Below, piece after piece: positions 1 through 13,428 of a DNA stretch of 64,000 nucleotides. Origin of the DNA: Octopus vulgaris (taxonomy: Eukaryota); contig OX597826.1 of the NCBI GenBank assembly GCA_951406725.2, positions 80,352,001 to 80,416,000 of the forward strand. Direction: 5' to 3'. Below the pieces are notes generated by a model. It ran no database searches, was not told where the DNA came from, and saw only the letters and a program-made list of their open reading frames with translations. A program made the position numbers and the translations under genes. Position 1 is the stretch's first letter. Every line of letters begins with the position of its first letter.

Positions 1-68
1 CTATAAGCACTCCGTAAATAACTCATGCTTTCTGTATCATACTTCATGTTATATATATGGTATATATG

Positions 69-113
<45 letters not shown>

Positions 114-175
114 CACACAAGTATATATAAATACATATGTATACTTAAACATGCACACACACACACATATATATA

Positions 176-372
176 TGTTTGTGTGCCGGTGTTTGTTGTC
201 CCACCATCGCTTGACAATGGTGGCTGGTGCGTTTACGTTGCCGTAACTTAGCGGTTCGGCAAAAGATAGAATAAGCACTAGGCTTACAAAGAGTAAGTCT
301 TGGGGTCAATTTGTTCAACTAAAGGCGGTGGTCCAACGTGGTCGCAGTCAAATGACTGAAATAAATAAAAGA
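176..372 (+). mobile_element. SINE family A, 3' half
   Basis: Matches the 3' half of full copies at 17344, 42429 and 50326 (ccgtaacttagcggttcggcaaaaga...gcagtcaaatgactgaaa). Confidence 0.85.
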
Positions 373-403
<31 letters not shown>

Positions 404-632
404 CACCAGGACACGTCAAAACAGAAACTGACCACACAAAATTCAAGAAGTCTTTGGACAAATTCCTTCAAACAGTCCTGGACAAACCACCCACACCCGG
501 ATATGTCTCCGCAAACAATAGCTCTCTGCTCGAATGGGCCTCGGTGCCCAAATCCTGAATTGAAAGACTTCGCCAGGTGGTGCTATTAAGTTAGACATGG
601 CCTGGGGCCAATACTGGCCAAAACCTTTCTAA
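404..632 (+). mobile_element. CR1/L2-type LINE 3' terminal fragment (ORF2 C-terminus plus 3' UTR)
   Basis: Translates to FKKSLDKFLQTVLDKPPTPGYVSANNSSLLEW*, resembling the FK..LD.FL..vPD.P...SNSL ending of CR1/L2-clade ORF2; flanked by (TA)n on both sides. Confidence 0.75.
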
Positions 633-633
633 G

Positions 634-980
<347 letters not shown>

Positions 981-1568
981 ATATACTTATACACAAGCCC
1001 AAACATTTACACAATTGCCTATCTGTAAATATGTGCGTGAAACAGACGCATTTAGCCTTCATTTATAACATGTCAGAAAAACAGGCTTCCGTTCTGTTTC
1101 CGAACATTAGGCTGATATCTAAGCCGTGGGTACTTTACCGTGATATATAATTATCTATTGTGTACTCGCAGTGAACTCTTTATTGCAGCACTTGAAACGT
1201 ACTTCGTCGAAATCTTACGTGGTTGTATACGTGTTTATTCATAACTAACTACATATATATATATATATACATACATGCATATATTATATATTTTTATATG
1301 CATACATACATACATACATACATACATACATACATACATACATACATACATACATGTGTGTGAATATACGGATGTATACGTGTGTATTTATGATTGTATA
1401 TTTGAATCGACGTTCTAATACGCACATGAGTATATATGTGTGTGTATGTATGTGTGTGTGTTCGTGCTTGTATGCTCGTATGTGTAGATAAATATGCATC
1501 ACGTTTTCACATATATTAGACACGCACATGTAAGCTAATGTATATAAAATACATAATGCCTGTATATA

Positions 1569-1600
<32 letters not shown>

Positions 1601-2023
1601 CACATATATATACATATATATATTATATATACATATATAATATATATGTATATGTTTATATGTACATGTGACTGTATATATTTATGGATAAGTATAAATA
1701 GTAACGGATATATGTATATATGCACATAAGTTTACACACACACACACACACGTACATATACATGTGTGTGTATGTGTGTGCGTGTGTGTGCGTGCGTGTG
1801 TGTGCGTGTGTGTGTGTGTATTATGAGAGATATTGCTTCATGTTCATATTTATTCAGATGCCTATGAATGAAAATGAATATAAAAATGTTTGTGTGTGTG
1901 TACGTGTGTGCGCGTATGTATGTGTGTATGTGTGCGTTTCTGTGTGTGTACACACACACACAGAAACGCACACACATGCTCGAAAACATGCACAACATTC
2001 TCTAAAACTACATTATTCATGTC

Positions 2024-2054
<31 letters not shown>

Positions 2055-2934
2055 CACGTTGAAATAGATGAGGATAATGTTCTTATTGGTATCGATTTTA
2101 GTTAATAATATCGATATTATTCTTATAGCTGCTGCTTCTGTCGTTACCGTTTCCTTATTGTTTTGTTGCTTCGATGTTGTTGCTTTTGTTGTTGTTGCTC
2201 TATACGTAACAACAGGTTATCGTGGTACTAAGCATACATGTTTACTAACAGCACAACAACCATCATCAACATAACCAACCAGCGTCTAGTGACCAACGTT
2301 ATCGTACAATGATTATTATTACTATTATTATCACTATTATTATTATTATCATCATCATTATTATTATTGTACACTAGCTTGCTTAGCTGGAGAGACGCGA
2401 TGACTCATTCCTATCGACCAGATGACGTCATCGCTCCAAAGCTAGGTTTGTGAGGTTTATAATTACAGAAAAAAAACACAACAACAAATAGCTGAATGCA
2501 TATCAATAACAATATCACAAACAAAATGAAAGTGAAAGTAAATAAATCTTGAATAATATTCACCATAAAATAATCTGTTGCATGCTGAAAATAGTAATTA
2601 TTGTTAAACCATTCATAATAGAAATGTTATAACAGCAACGATTATCTTCATGTTAGAAATAATTGTAACCCTTTCTTTTTTTTCTTTTTTTTTTTAGTTC
2701 TATCGTAGGTCATATGATTTTTGTTTTGCTTCTTTTATATTGTGATATTGTTATTATAATATTGTCGTTTAGGTTGTTGTAGCAATTGTTGCTGTTGCTG
2801 TTGTTGTTGGTGGTAGTGGGGTGGTGGGGTCTTGTTATTTGTTTACATTTTCTAATACATTTTTTTCTGAAGTTATAAAAGCAAAGTTACGGCGTGTACC
2901 TGTAAACACACACACACAACATGTATGTATATGA

Positions 2935-2978
<44 letters not shown>

Positions 2979-2985
2979 TGCATAT

Positions 2986-3460
2986 AGGAGTGGCTGTACA
3001 GGTGCAGAAGTGGTTGTGTGGTAAGTAACTTGCTTAGCAACCACATGGTTCCGGGTTCAATCCCACCGCGTACCACCTTGGGCACGTGTCTTCTATTGTA
3101 ATCTTGTGAGTCGACTTTCTAGACGGAAACATAAAAAAGCCCATCGTATGTGTGTGTGTGTGTGTGCGCGCGTGCGCGTGCGTCTATGTGTGTGTGTGTA
3201 TGTACGTATGTATGCATGTATGTATGTATGTATGTATGTATCTATGTATGTATGTATGTATATGTTTGTGTGTGTATTTCTCCATCCCCTCCCAACATCG
3301 CTTGCCAACCGGTGCTGGTGCGTTTACCTTCCCGTAACTTAGCGGTTCGGCAAAAGAGACCGATAGAATAAGTACTAAACTTACAAAGAAAGAGTCCTGA
3401 GATCGTTTTGCTCGACTAAATGCAGTGCTCCAGCATGGCCGCAGTCAAATGACTAAAAAA
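2986..3460 (+). mobile_element. SINE family A, near full length
   Basis: tRNA-like head (A box tggttgtgtgg, B box ggttcaatccc), CORE-like accttgggca, internal (TG)/(TATG)n, conserved 3' tail. Confidence 0.85.
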
Positions 3461-3930
3461 ATGTGCGTCTTTATGTGCGAGTAGATCATTACATGCATAC
3501 ACACACACGCATATATATGCACATAGTCCTATATATATATATATATATGCATACATACATACATACATACAAATATATGCTTATCGATAGACATAATTTA
3601 AAATATAGTTATATTTATATTTCCATATTTATGTATGTATACATATACACTCGTTTAGGTATTTTCGATCATGCAAGTATACATATGTGTGTGTATGTAC
3701 GTATGCATGTATGTATGGATGTATATGTCACACGCATACGTGTTAGTGTATGTGGGTGCGTGTTTTCGTTTTTGTGTAAAGGTACAGGTGCAGGTAATTA
3801 TAATGGCTTTCTACCTTTGATATTACTGCTACACGTGATCGTATATACACACACACACATACACACATATACACACATACACACACACACACAACACACA
3901 CACACACATATATATATGTATATATGAATG

Positions 3931-4003
<73 letters not shown>

Positions 4004-4400
4004 GAATTAGGGTATCTACGAGATACCACCATGCTGAAAATAGCAGCCATGATCTGACTCTAAAACCACCTTAATTGTCCATATCTCAAACACGGAGAGA
4101 AAACAAAGAGACAAGATGAAGCTAGTAAAAAATTACTGGATAATTCTAGATCCCGGATTTCTGAATTTCCATTTAGGAATGCTTTGCCTTGTCAGTAGAA
4201 TACACACAGAAGATAAACATATATACATATATATATATAAATACAACATACGAATACTTACATATACGAACGTATACCTATATATATATGCACGTATGCA
4301 TCATGGCCAGTTCAAAATGCCAGCCGTTTAATTCCGTTTAATACTTTAAATTTAAATATATATATATCTTACATTGTAAACCGGTGTTTGTGTGTGTGTG

Positions 4401-4480
<80 letters not shown>

Positions 4481-4967
4481 CCTTAAGGATTCGAAAACTG
4501 AGTTGCTGATTTTGACGTATGAGGTATCGAAAGATTCAGTAATCTTTCAGCTACCAAATAAAGTAAGTTTTTTGCACAACTCTTTTTTTACTACAGAAAT
4601 AACTTCGAAAAATAGGTTGGGTCGCACAATTCTGAGGTTAATTGTTGGAAGTGAAGTAGACTGAGATGCACATATATTGTTATCGTATAGATTGGAACTT
4701 CACTACGAAGTTTTGAACTCATATCTTGTGGTTAGTAATCCATTACTTTAAATTTGAAACCATTAAGTCTTTAAAAATTATTTTATTGGGTTTAGTCTTT
4801 CGACTGTCGCCATGATAGGGTATCACCTTCAAAACTTTAATTGATCGTACTGACCTCAGTACACATTTCAATCTGTCATTTATTTTATAGATCTCTGCTT
4901 GATAAACTTTGAGCCATAGTGGGACACAATACTCGATTTAACAACAAATGTAAACACACACACATAT

Positions 4968-5120
4968 TAGGTGCCAGAATAACTGTGTGGTTGAGAGGTT
5001 TGCTTCCTAACCACATGGTTCTGGGTTCAGTCCCTCTGCATGGAACCTTGGGCAAGTGTTTTCTTCTATAGCCCTAGGACAACCACAAACTTGTGGCCTA
5101 ATTTGGTTGACGGAAACTAG
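4968..5120 (+). mobile_element. SINE family A, 5' half (diverged)
   Basis: ctgtgtggttgagaggtttgcttcctaaccacatggttctgggttcagtccc...accttgggcaagtg. Confidence 0.75.
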
Positions 5121-5335
5121 TGTTGTTCATCAGAAAATTACCGAAAAAAAGATGTTTATAAAGAAGAGTTGTTTGCCTCATACGCCTCGTGTGCCGAAAT
5201 CTGCCCAAAAGATAGGAACAATTGATACAAGGTGCCTATAGGTCATAACACCGAGCAACACCGGGACGCATTGCTAGTATATATACACATATATATACAT
5301 ATATATATATATATACATATATGTATGTATGTATG

Positions 5336-5431
<96 letters not shown>

Positions 5432-5855
5432 TACACACATATATGCACATATATATATATATATACATGTATGTATGTATGTGTGTATATATATATATAA
5501 ATGCCAAATTATATTTAATTTGCTTTGAGGGAGCAACTGTTTTATCGAAATGCGCATCTTGTCGTTGAATTGCTCGATATACGGATTAGAAAAACATCCG
5601 ACAACTGATGAATGGTCGTTCGTTATGTTACTAGTTTTGTTTTCCATTTGTTTCTTTCGCTTTTGCAAAAAAGGTTCACATTCCATGAATTCGTTTTGTA
5701 TGTTGTTTACCTTCTGTGACGTGCTGTGCCCACGTATGCATAAGTATATACGTATAGATGTAAGTATGTACATATACATATATATATATGTTATTTATAT
5801 TATATTACATTACATATATATGTATGTATATATACGTATGTATATATATATATAT

Positions 5856-5887
<32 letters not shown>

Positions 5888-5989
5888 CATATACATATAT
5901 ATATGTATATATACATAGATGTGTGTGTATATGTATGCATGTATATATATATGTATGTATATATATATTTATTATAGACAGATAGATAA

Positions 5990-6068
<79 letters not shown>

Positions 6069-6327
6069 CCTTATGAATTTCGGTTTTATAGCAATAATGA
6101 TTTCAAATTCGTTTTGTTCGTCCAAAAACACTCCTCAGACACTTCTGACAAAGTGTCTTCCGACAAAGTGTCACAGTTTATAAGAAAGGGTTCTAAACGT
6201 CAAACCTAACGCACCCCGTTCTCTATACTAAAAGCATAACCTATGATTCTGCGTTTAGGTAACTCCAGAGAGTATTAGCATTTGTGTGTTTATGTGTACG
6301 TATATATATGTAAATATCTATATATAT

Positions 6328-6500
6328 AGTTGGAAGTTCCAAAAAACATAAGACGGAGACAGGTGTGTAAACAACAAACAGGTGTATTAGTTTAATGCTC
6401 AGGAAGGTGAGAAAGTCTTTTATGTTTCGAGCCTGCGCTCTTCATCAGAAAGGAACACGAGAAAATAAACAGCTTTACTAGCTAGCGGTCAATCATGGCG
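6328..6500 (-). mobile_element. Short PLE-terminus-like element with minimal hammerhead motif (family H1)
   Basis: Homologous to 17824-18005 and 46343-46520. Minus strand 6452-6417 reads CUUU CUGAUGAA GAGC-GCAG-GCUC GAAAC AUA AAAG. Confidence 0.65.
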
Positions 6501-6589
6501 ATGTATATACATATGCAGATATGTATACGTGTGGACATACACGCACGCACACACATACACATACTCTCTCACACACATGCACACACATT

Positions 6590-6823
6590 CTTTTATTATT
6601 TTACTTGTTTCAGTCATTTGGCTGTGGCCATGCTGAAGCACCACCTTGAAGTTTTTTTGTCGAACAGTTCAAATCCAGGACTTATTTTTAAAACAAATAC
6701 TTATTCTTTCGGACTCTCGGCCGAACCGCTAAGTTACGGGAACGTAACACACCAACACCGGTTGTCAAGCTATGATGGGGGTGACAAACGCAAACACAAA
6801 GACACACACACACACACACACAC

Positions 6824-6886
<63 letters not shown>

Positions 6887-7063
6887 ATGTATGTATGTAT
6901 ATATATATATACTTTATTTAAAGCAGCAGAAAATTCAACAAAACCTGTTACTCTGAGTTTCCCGTTTTGTTGAATTTTCTGCTGCTAAATAAAGCATATT
7001 ACTCTACCACTGGTATTTGAGTTATCTTTTTCCCACCTTGTTTCACATTTATGTGTTTACTCC

Positions 7064-7125
<62 letters not shown>

Positions 7126-7295
7126 CCGGACTAGACTACTTCATGCGCAACTCTATTGTCTCCCCAGACAGAAAGGATGCCAATACAATACAATATACAT
7201 ATATACGACGGGCTTCTTTCAGTGTTTCCGTCTACCAAATTCACTCACAAGGTTTTGGTATGGCCGAGGCATTAGCAGAAGGCACTTGCCGAAGA
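6590..7295 (-). mobile_element. SINE family A split by nested insertions in its internal microsatellite
   Basis: 3' half at 6590-6825 and 5' part at 7200-7295, both minus strand, separated by (TA)n plus unrelated inserts. Confidence 0.75.
6912..7066. mobile_element. Short fold-back element in (TA)n (family H2)
   Basis: Arms ctttattta(aa)gcagcagaaaattcaacaaaac / gttttgttgaattttctgctgctaaataaag; the loop ctgttactctgagtttc is homologous to the hammerhead at 54835-54876. Confidence 0.7.
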
Positions 7296-7661
7296 TAAAA
7301 CGGTAACAAGAAAAAACTAAGGCTTCGACAACAGAACAATGGTAAAGTTGAAGAGTGGATGGTCATAGTTTCAAGTTACTTACTCACTGGCCAATGACAG
7401 AGAGATTCTTCGATTCATAGACAGCACTGGTGGAGTGGCGGTGAAGGTCTAAGATCAGCCATGATCTTGCAAAGATATATTCAAGGAAGTTCCAACAATT
7501 GTCATACTGTCATTTATTCAAACACAGTATACATAAAACAATAATAACCTCCAAAATACCCGGATTCTTTTGCATTCAATAAACAGCGCAGATAAGACAA
7601 ACATTCGACCATTTACTCAGATTAAAGGATAACACTGGGTGACAACGTTTCTGTCGCAAGT

Positions 7662-7906
7662 ATTTCGATGGGAGAATCTCAGCGGTTCATACTAAATGAA
7701 AACAAAACGATAAAAAGAGGGACTCAAGAAATCTAAACATGACAGGAAAACTGTGGCTCCATCTATGTATTCAATTTCGATGGGAGAATCTCAGTGAACG
7801 TATTTCAATTGAATACATCCAAGGAGTCACAGTTTTCCTGTAATGTTTAGATTTGTTGAGACCCTCTTTTTATCTTCTTGTTTTTTTTTTTCATTTAGTA
7901 TGAACC
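7662..7906. repeat. ~95-bp inverted repeat with a duplicated 20-mer (X-A-X-A' structure)
   Basis: Arm 7683-7775 is the reverse complement of 7808-7906; tttcgatgggagaatctcag occurs directly repeated at ~7663 and ~7775. Confidence 0.85.
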
Positions 7907-8136
7907 CCGGATAAAACAGCAACATATATAAAATAAAATCATGATATTTAAAGATTTTAATCTTAAAATATATTTGTGTGTGTAGGGATGGGGCTTTGTA
8001 TTAATTGTTATGTAAAATCAGTAAAATGTATTCAAATATGAAGAAAGTCCTGACAAGTGGTCAGGGCAGACAACGGAGAAAACCTGAGTCAAAAGCCTCT
8101 GTGTGGAGCAATTCCAAGTCAATCTGCTAGTTAATA

Positions 8137-8179
<43 letters not shown>

Positions 8180-8347
8180 AATGTATGCGTACATGATTGT
8201 GCGTATGTATTGGTGCGTTAATTGTCAAGACCGTAATAATATTAGTTTACTATGTCCTAGATGTATTTTAACAAAAAATATTGTTGTTGTTGTTGTAGCT
8301 GTCGCCGTTCTTGTTACCGCTGCTGTTGTTGTTGTAGCTGCTGCTAC

Positions 8348-8385
<38 letters not shown>

Positions 8386-8699
8386 CTGTTAAATGGCATC
8401 ACCCCCGTCATGTGTTCGTGTTGTGCTTTGTCATGCCATGGATCTGTGAGAACCATTCAAATTCCTTCTGCATGGAGATCTAACTTGAAAAATCGCACGG
8501 AGCCAACTTGGCGTCCTTAGTATAAGAAAATGCTGTGAGTTATATTTCGCATATTAATCGGATGACCGGCAAAAACTTTCGGACCGCTTACACTTGTGTT
8601 GTGCGACGTGTAAAACTACTAACAGAATGGTTAAACGGTTTTATGTCAGGTGCTATGTGCTATTCTAATAATTTGGATGGTACCCAAACTTCACGAACA

Positions 8700-8846
8700 G
8701 TCTGTTTTGGGAAATCACAAAATTGAAACTATTCTGAAATAGCTAGCAACATTCTCAAGTTTTACCTGGCAATGAGGTGTAATATCTCATTAAAGGTATA
8801 GTTCTTCGACGCTCACCTGGATATTTCTGCGGTGAAGATCAAAGGA
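8700..8846 (+). pseudogene. Decayed DNA transposase fragment (Chapaev/CMC-like)
   Basis: With one frameshift reads LGNHKIE-YSEIASNILKFYLAMRCNISLKV*FFDAHLD, resembling the LGN.K..NY...LGCNMSLKxHFLxSHLDFF transposase block. Family assignment is from recall. Confidence 0.55.
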
Positions 8847-8861
8847 TTAGCATCAGTGTAA

Positions 8862-9290
8862 TTCTTTTCTACTCTAGGACAAGGCCCGTAACTTTGGGGG
8901 AGAGGGCCAGTCGTTTAGATCGATTCCAGTACGCAAGTGGAACTTAATTTATCGACCCCGAAAGGATGAAAGGCGAAGTCGACCTCGGCGGAATTTGAAC
9001 TCAGGACATAAAGACAGACGAAATACGGTTAGGCTTTTCGCCCGGCGTGCTGACGTTTCTTATTTCTTTACTGCCCACAAGGGGCTAAACATAGAGTAGA
9101 CAAACAAGGACAGACAAAGGGATTAAGTCGATTACATCGACACAGTGCGTAACTGGTACCTAATTTATCGAGCCCGAAAGGATGAAAGGCAAAGTCGACC
9201 TCGGCGTAATTTGAACTCAGAAGGTAACGGCAAACGAAATACTGCTACACATTTCGCCTGGCGTGCTAACGTTTCTGCCAGCTCGCCGCC
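8862..9290 (-). mobile_element. Dimeric SINE family B (two head-to-tail units) with 15-bp TSD
   Basis: Two units with B box gagttcaaatt and a cctttcatcctttcggg..cgataaa central domain; ttagcatcagtgtaa is repeated at 8847-8861 and 9291-9305. Confidence 0.9.
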
Positions 9291-9529
9291 TTAGCATCAG
9301 TGTAACTCTGGCAAGGAAAGGTGTTACTAAAACGCCTGTTTCAACCACCTGCAAGTCCACATATGCATATGTGCACAGATGCATATACTATGGAATAGAG
9401 TGCAGTGTGCACGCGATATTCTATGCACTGACATGAAGTGGCTGCGGATTCGTAATTCCTGTCGCTTCCGTTCTCAAAACATGCACCGGAGCAAAGATTA
9501 TTTTATTACAGACAAACAATAATTCATCG

Positions 9530-9620
9530 TGAACACAACGCGCAGCCGGTCTCCGATTCGAAACCACGATCTGACGGCTGTGAGCGCAACACCCCTAGCC
9601 ACTGGGCCGTGTGTCTTCAC
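9530..9620 (-). mobile_element. tRNA-like SINE head fragment (family C/D type)
   Basis: Minus strand reads gtgaagacacacggcccagtggctagggg...gtggtttcgaatcgg, similar to the heads at 13428 and 17028. Confidence 0.55.
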
Positions 9621-11426
9621 ATATGTGTGTGCGTGTGGGTGGGGGTACATAGTGATGCATGTTCAGTAGTGTGTAGTGATTGGAATCATCCAAGCGCTAT
9701 ATATGTGAGCATGTCTCTGTGTACATACGTATGTGTATGTATATATCTATGTACTGTATGTATGTGTTTGTGTTATATACATTTCCATATTACCGTTTAG
9801 ACACAACATACACACCCAGACCACAAATTCCAAATAAAAGTAAAAGAAATCCCCATGAGCCATGCTGTGTATTGATTGGTTCATTCCTCCGTTCCACCAT
9901 TTCATTCCGGTTCGTCTAGAAAATTGACGCACGCAACACACACACACACACACACACACACACATTAGAACTCTCCTGTAATTTGTTTCTACAGTATTGA
10001 CTAATATATTCTTCTCTGGCCAACTCAATAAAGACTGGTGTGATAAAGCTTGCAGACGGAATCTATCGCAGTCATTCCAACATTTCAAAACCCAATAGAT
10101 TCTTTGTTTCATATCGGTTAGAAATTAACATATCATCTAAGATCATTTCGATCGCATCAGCATACACCATCAACAAATCATTTATGCGTAACCTTTACAT
10201 GTATATTCAAATATACGTTAACGCATATTACCACAGACATTTCCTTAGATACATATGTACACACATAAACATGTGTACGTATATGCATGCATACAATTAT
10301 ACAAAAAACTTTAATTGCTGAATATTTGTGGCATCCTGCTGGCTGGTCACCTCACACTTTTGGCTTTGATTTCATCGTGCCACTGAGGGTTCGTCTAACA
10401 GTGCCACTAAATATCCCACAAATCATACACTAAATATAGATGCGAATATTGGATAATGCAGTTTTACATGTTGAAAGAGTTGGAGTGTTCATGGCTGAAT
10501 TGCCTTTGATCTTAGGTTTACTCAACCTGTGTTGACCGGCGGCTCAACAACAACATCAAAAACTTATTTTTAATACCTCACTCGTGGATTCGCTAAACAG
10601 TGGCTCAGTCTGTGAGAAATTACAGCTAAATGCTCTGAAAATTACACCCTATCATTTTAGAAAAGGAAGAATGCATTAGACAACGTGTTCTTCCTTCTGT
10701 TATACGATACAATATTTCATTCACCTGAAAGAACTAGACAAACCACACAAGAGAGACGAACCAGACAAACTTGACGAGCCAGACACGATGTAGCGGAAGC
10801 AAAAGAGAAAAAATTCTATTAACTTTCTCCATGAAACTGATAACATAATTCGAAAGAAGATAATCAAACAAAGCGTAGAGCGGCGTCTTCGGGTTAATTA
10901 TATTCTACAAATTCACAAACGACTTCGCTTGACAAGGATAACAGACGATACTGATAAAATTATCACGCTTAAAAAAACCCAACAGAACTACACCGAAAAT
11001 GCCCGCTTAAATGTTTTACTAACAAGAATTTACCTGCCCATAAAACATTTGCCGAGGTCATGACATGTTCAACATAATCAACATTTGCAAAGATTATAAA
11101 CTAACAGAAAGGTAACCAGCGGCACATAATTGGGTAAGTCATAATTGGGTAAGCGATTTGTATAGACAAAACCCGGAAGTGTTTGATGTCACGACATTTA
11201 GAAAGAATGGACGATACTTCGCTTGTATGTAGACCTTGTATTCACAGTTTTGAAATGGTAAAACATATAAAGATGTTCGATCTGCTCCAAACAGTAGCTA
11301 ATTCCTTTTAACCACACGCTGCCGATAATTGCCTGTAGTGTCTAGTACTGATTGTAGTCGACTTTACGGTGCTGGGTACGTTTCTTTCATTCGTTACAAT
11401 TTACTAAACATTATATGTTACCTCCA

Positions 11427-11481
<55 letters not shown>

Positions 11482-12185
11482 ATGCGTGTACGTGTGTGTA
11501 TGTGCGTATATATGTGTGTGATTTAATTTACACTGCATGAAGATACAACTAATAATAGTTTCTTGCTTTGGAAACGCAGATCTAGGCATGTATGTATATG
11601 TATACACACACACACACACATACATATACATACATGTTTGCATACATACATATATATACATATACATACATGCATGCCTGCATACATACATACATATCTG
11701 TGTGTATGAATACTACGCCTGTATGTTTATTCGTGTGTGCCTATGTATCTCCTCATGTATGTATGTATGCACGTATGGACAGATGGATGGATGGATGGAT
11801 GGATGGATGGATGGACGGAGGGACGAATGGCTTGATGCATGTATGCACGTATGTATACATGATGTATATAAATAATTCAAACCCAGAATTCTCTGAGACA
11901 CGGTCTTCGCTTAGATTTAGATCTAAAATAGATTGGTGCCAAAATGGAAATGTTTCTATTGAAATAGGAGATGATATCGTATCGCATAGGTCATGAATAA
12001 TATTATCTTAATCTCAGCCACGTTCACACACACACACACACACACATACACACACACACACAAACATGCACACACACACACACATACACACACACATGGG
12101 TGGTATTTTAATAGCTACAAGCGATTTATAATTAATATCTACCTATTTGTCTTTTAAAGGAGACATTTTAACAATCATGTATACC

Positions 12186-12220
<35 letters not shown>

Positions 12221-12244
12221 ATGTATGTGTGTTTGTATGTGTGT

Positions 12245-12437
12245 ATTTACTTACTTGAGTCATGGGACTGCGGCCATACTGGGGCTTTGCCTTGAACGCT
12301 TTAGTAGAACAAATCGTTCTCATGTTTTTTTTGTTGTTTTTTTTGTTATCAGCTCTTTTTGCGGGAATATAAACAAGACCGGTTATCACGTGATGGTAGG
12401 GGACAAGCACAAAGAATACACAAACACGTGTGTGTGC

Positions 12438-12496
<59 letters not shown>

Positions 12497-12630
12497 TATA
12501 CGTACATCGAGCTTCTTTTAGTTTCTGTCTACCAAATCTATTCACGAGGTTAAAGAAGAAACTTACCCATCGCCACGCAATGGGACTGAACCCGGAACCG
12601 TGTGATCGGGAAGCACTTGCCACACAGCGA
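12245..12630 (-). mobile_element. SINE family A (diverged)
   Basis: tgggactgaacccggaacc head, tttctgtctaccaaatc core and gactgcggccatactgg tail, all on the minus strand. Confidence 0.75.
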
Positions 12631-13164
12631 AAGAGGTGTGTATGTGTGTGTGTGTGTACTTGTCTGTGTGTATGTACGCACATGTGATTTATTATTATTA
12701 TTATTATTATTATGATCAATAATATTAATACGCCAACTTATTTTTGTACCTCCGTACCTGTGGTGTGTGTCACACTTACCTCAAAAGAAGAAGCGAGTGG
12801 TAAAGCGAGAGAGATGAGGACAGAGAGGAGGTGAGAGAGAAAGAGAAAATCAAAGAGAAAGAGAGAATAAGAGAGAAAGAGAGAGAGTGAGAGAGAAAGA
12901 GAGAGGGTGAGAGACACAGTGGTGACGGCGTTTGTTTTGTGTTTTAAAATTTTTATCATATCGCAAGAAAAGTTGATGCATAGATACATACACACATTGT
13001 TAAATTAGAAGAGGGAGGGAGGAGGGACACAGAGGAAGTGAGAGAGAAAGAAAGTGAGAGAGACACTAAATACATAGATTGAAAGAAAGTTGATACATAG
13101 ACACATTGTTGATCCAAATACAACTACAACAAATATTGGATGTCACTTTCACTTTTCATTACCA

Positions 13165-13428
13165 CACGAGGATAGAATTAACTCGCAAGTGGCTGAGTAT
13201 TCCACAGACATGCATATCATTAATGTAGTCCTCAGTGAGATCCAGCCTCACACAGAATCTGACAAGGCTGGCCCGTCTGAATTACAACTACAGCTCATTT
13301 TTGTCAGCTGAGTGAACTGCAGCAAGGTGATGTAGAGTACCTTGCTCATAGCGCGCCGCAAGGAATCGTACTCATGACTTCATGATCGTGGACCGTACAC
13401 CCCTAACCACTGACTCACGCACCTTCAC
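13165..13428 (-). mobile_element. SINE family C (tRNA-derived)
   Basis: caagtggctgagtattccacagaca...gacaaggctggccc...ccctaaccac; homologous to 54335-54762. Confidence 0.75.
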
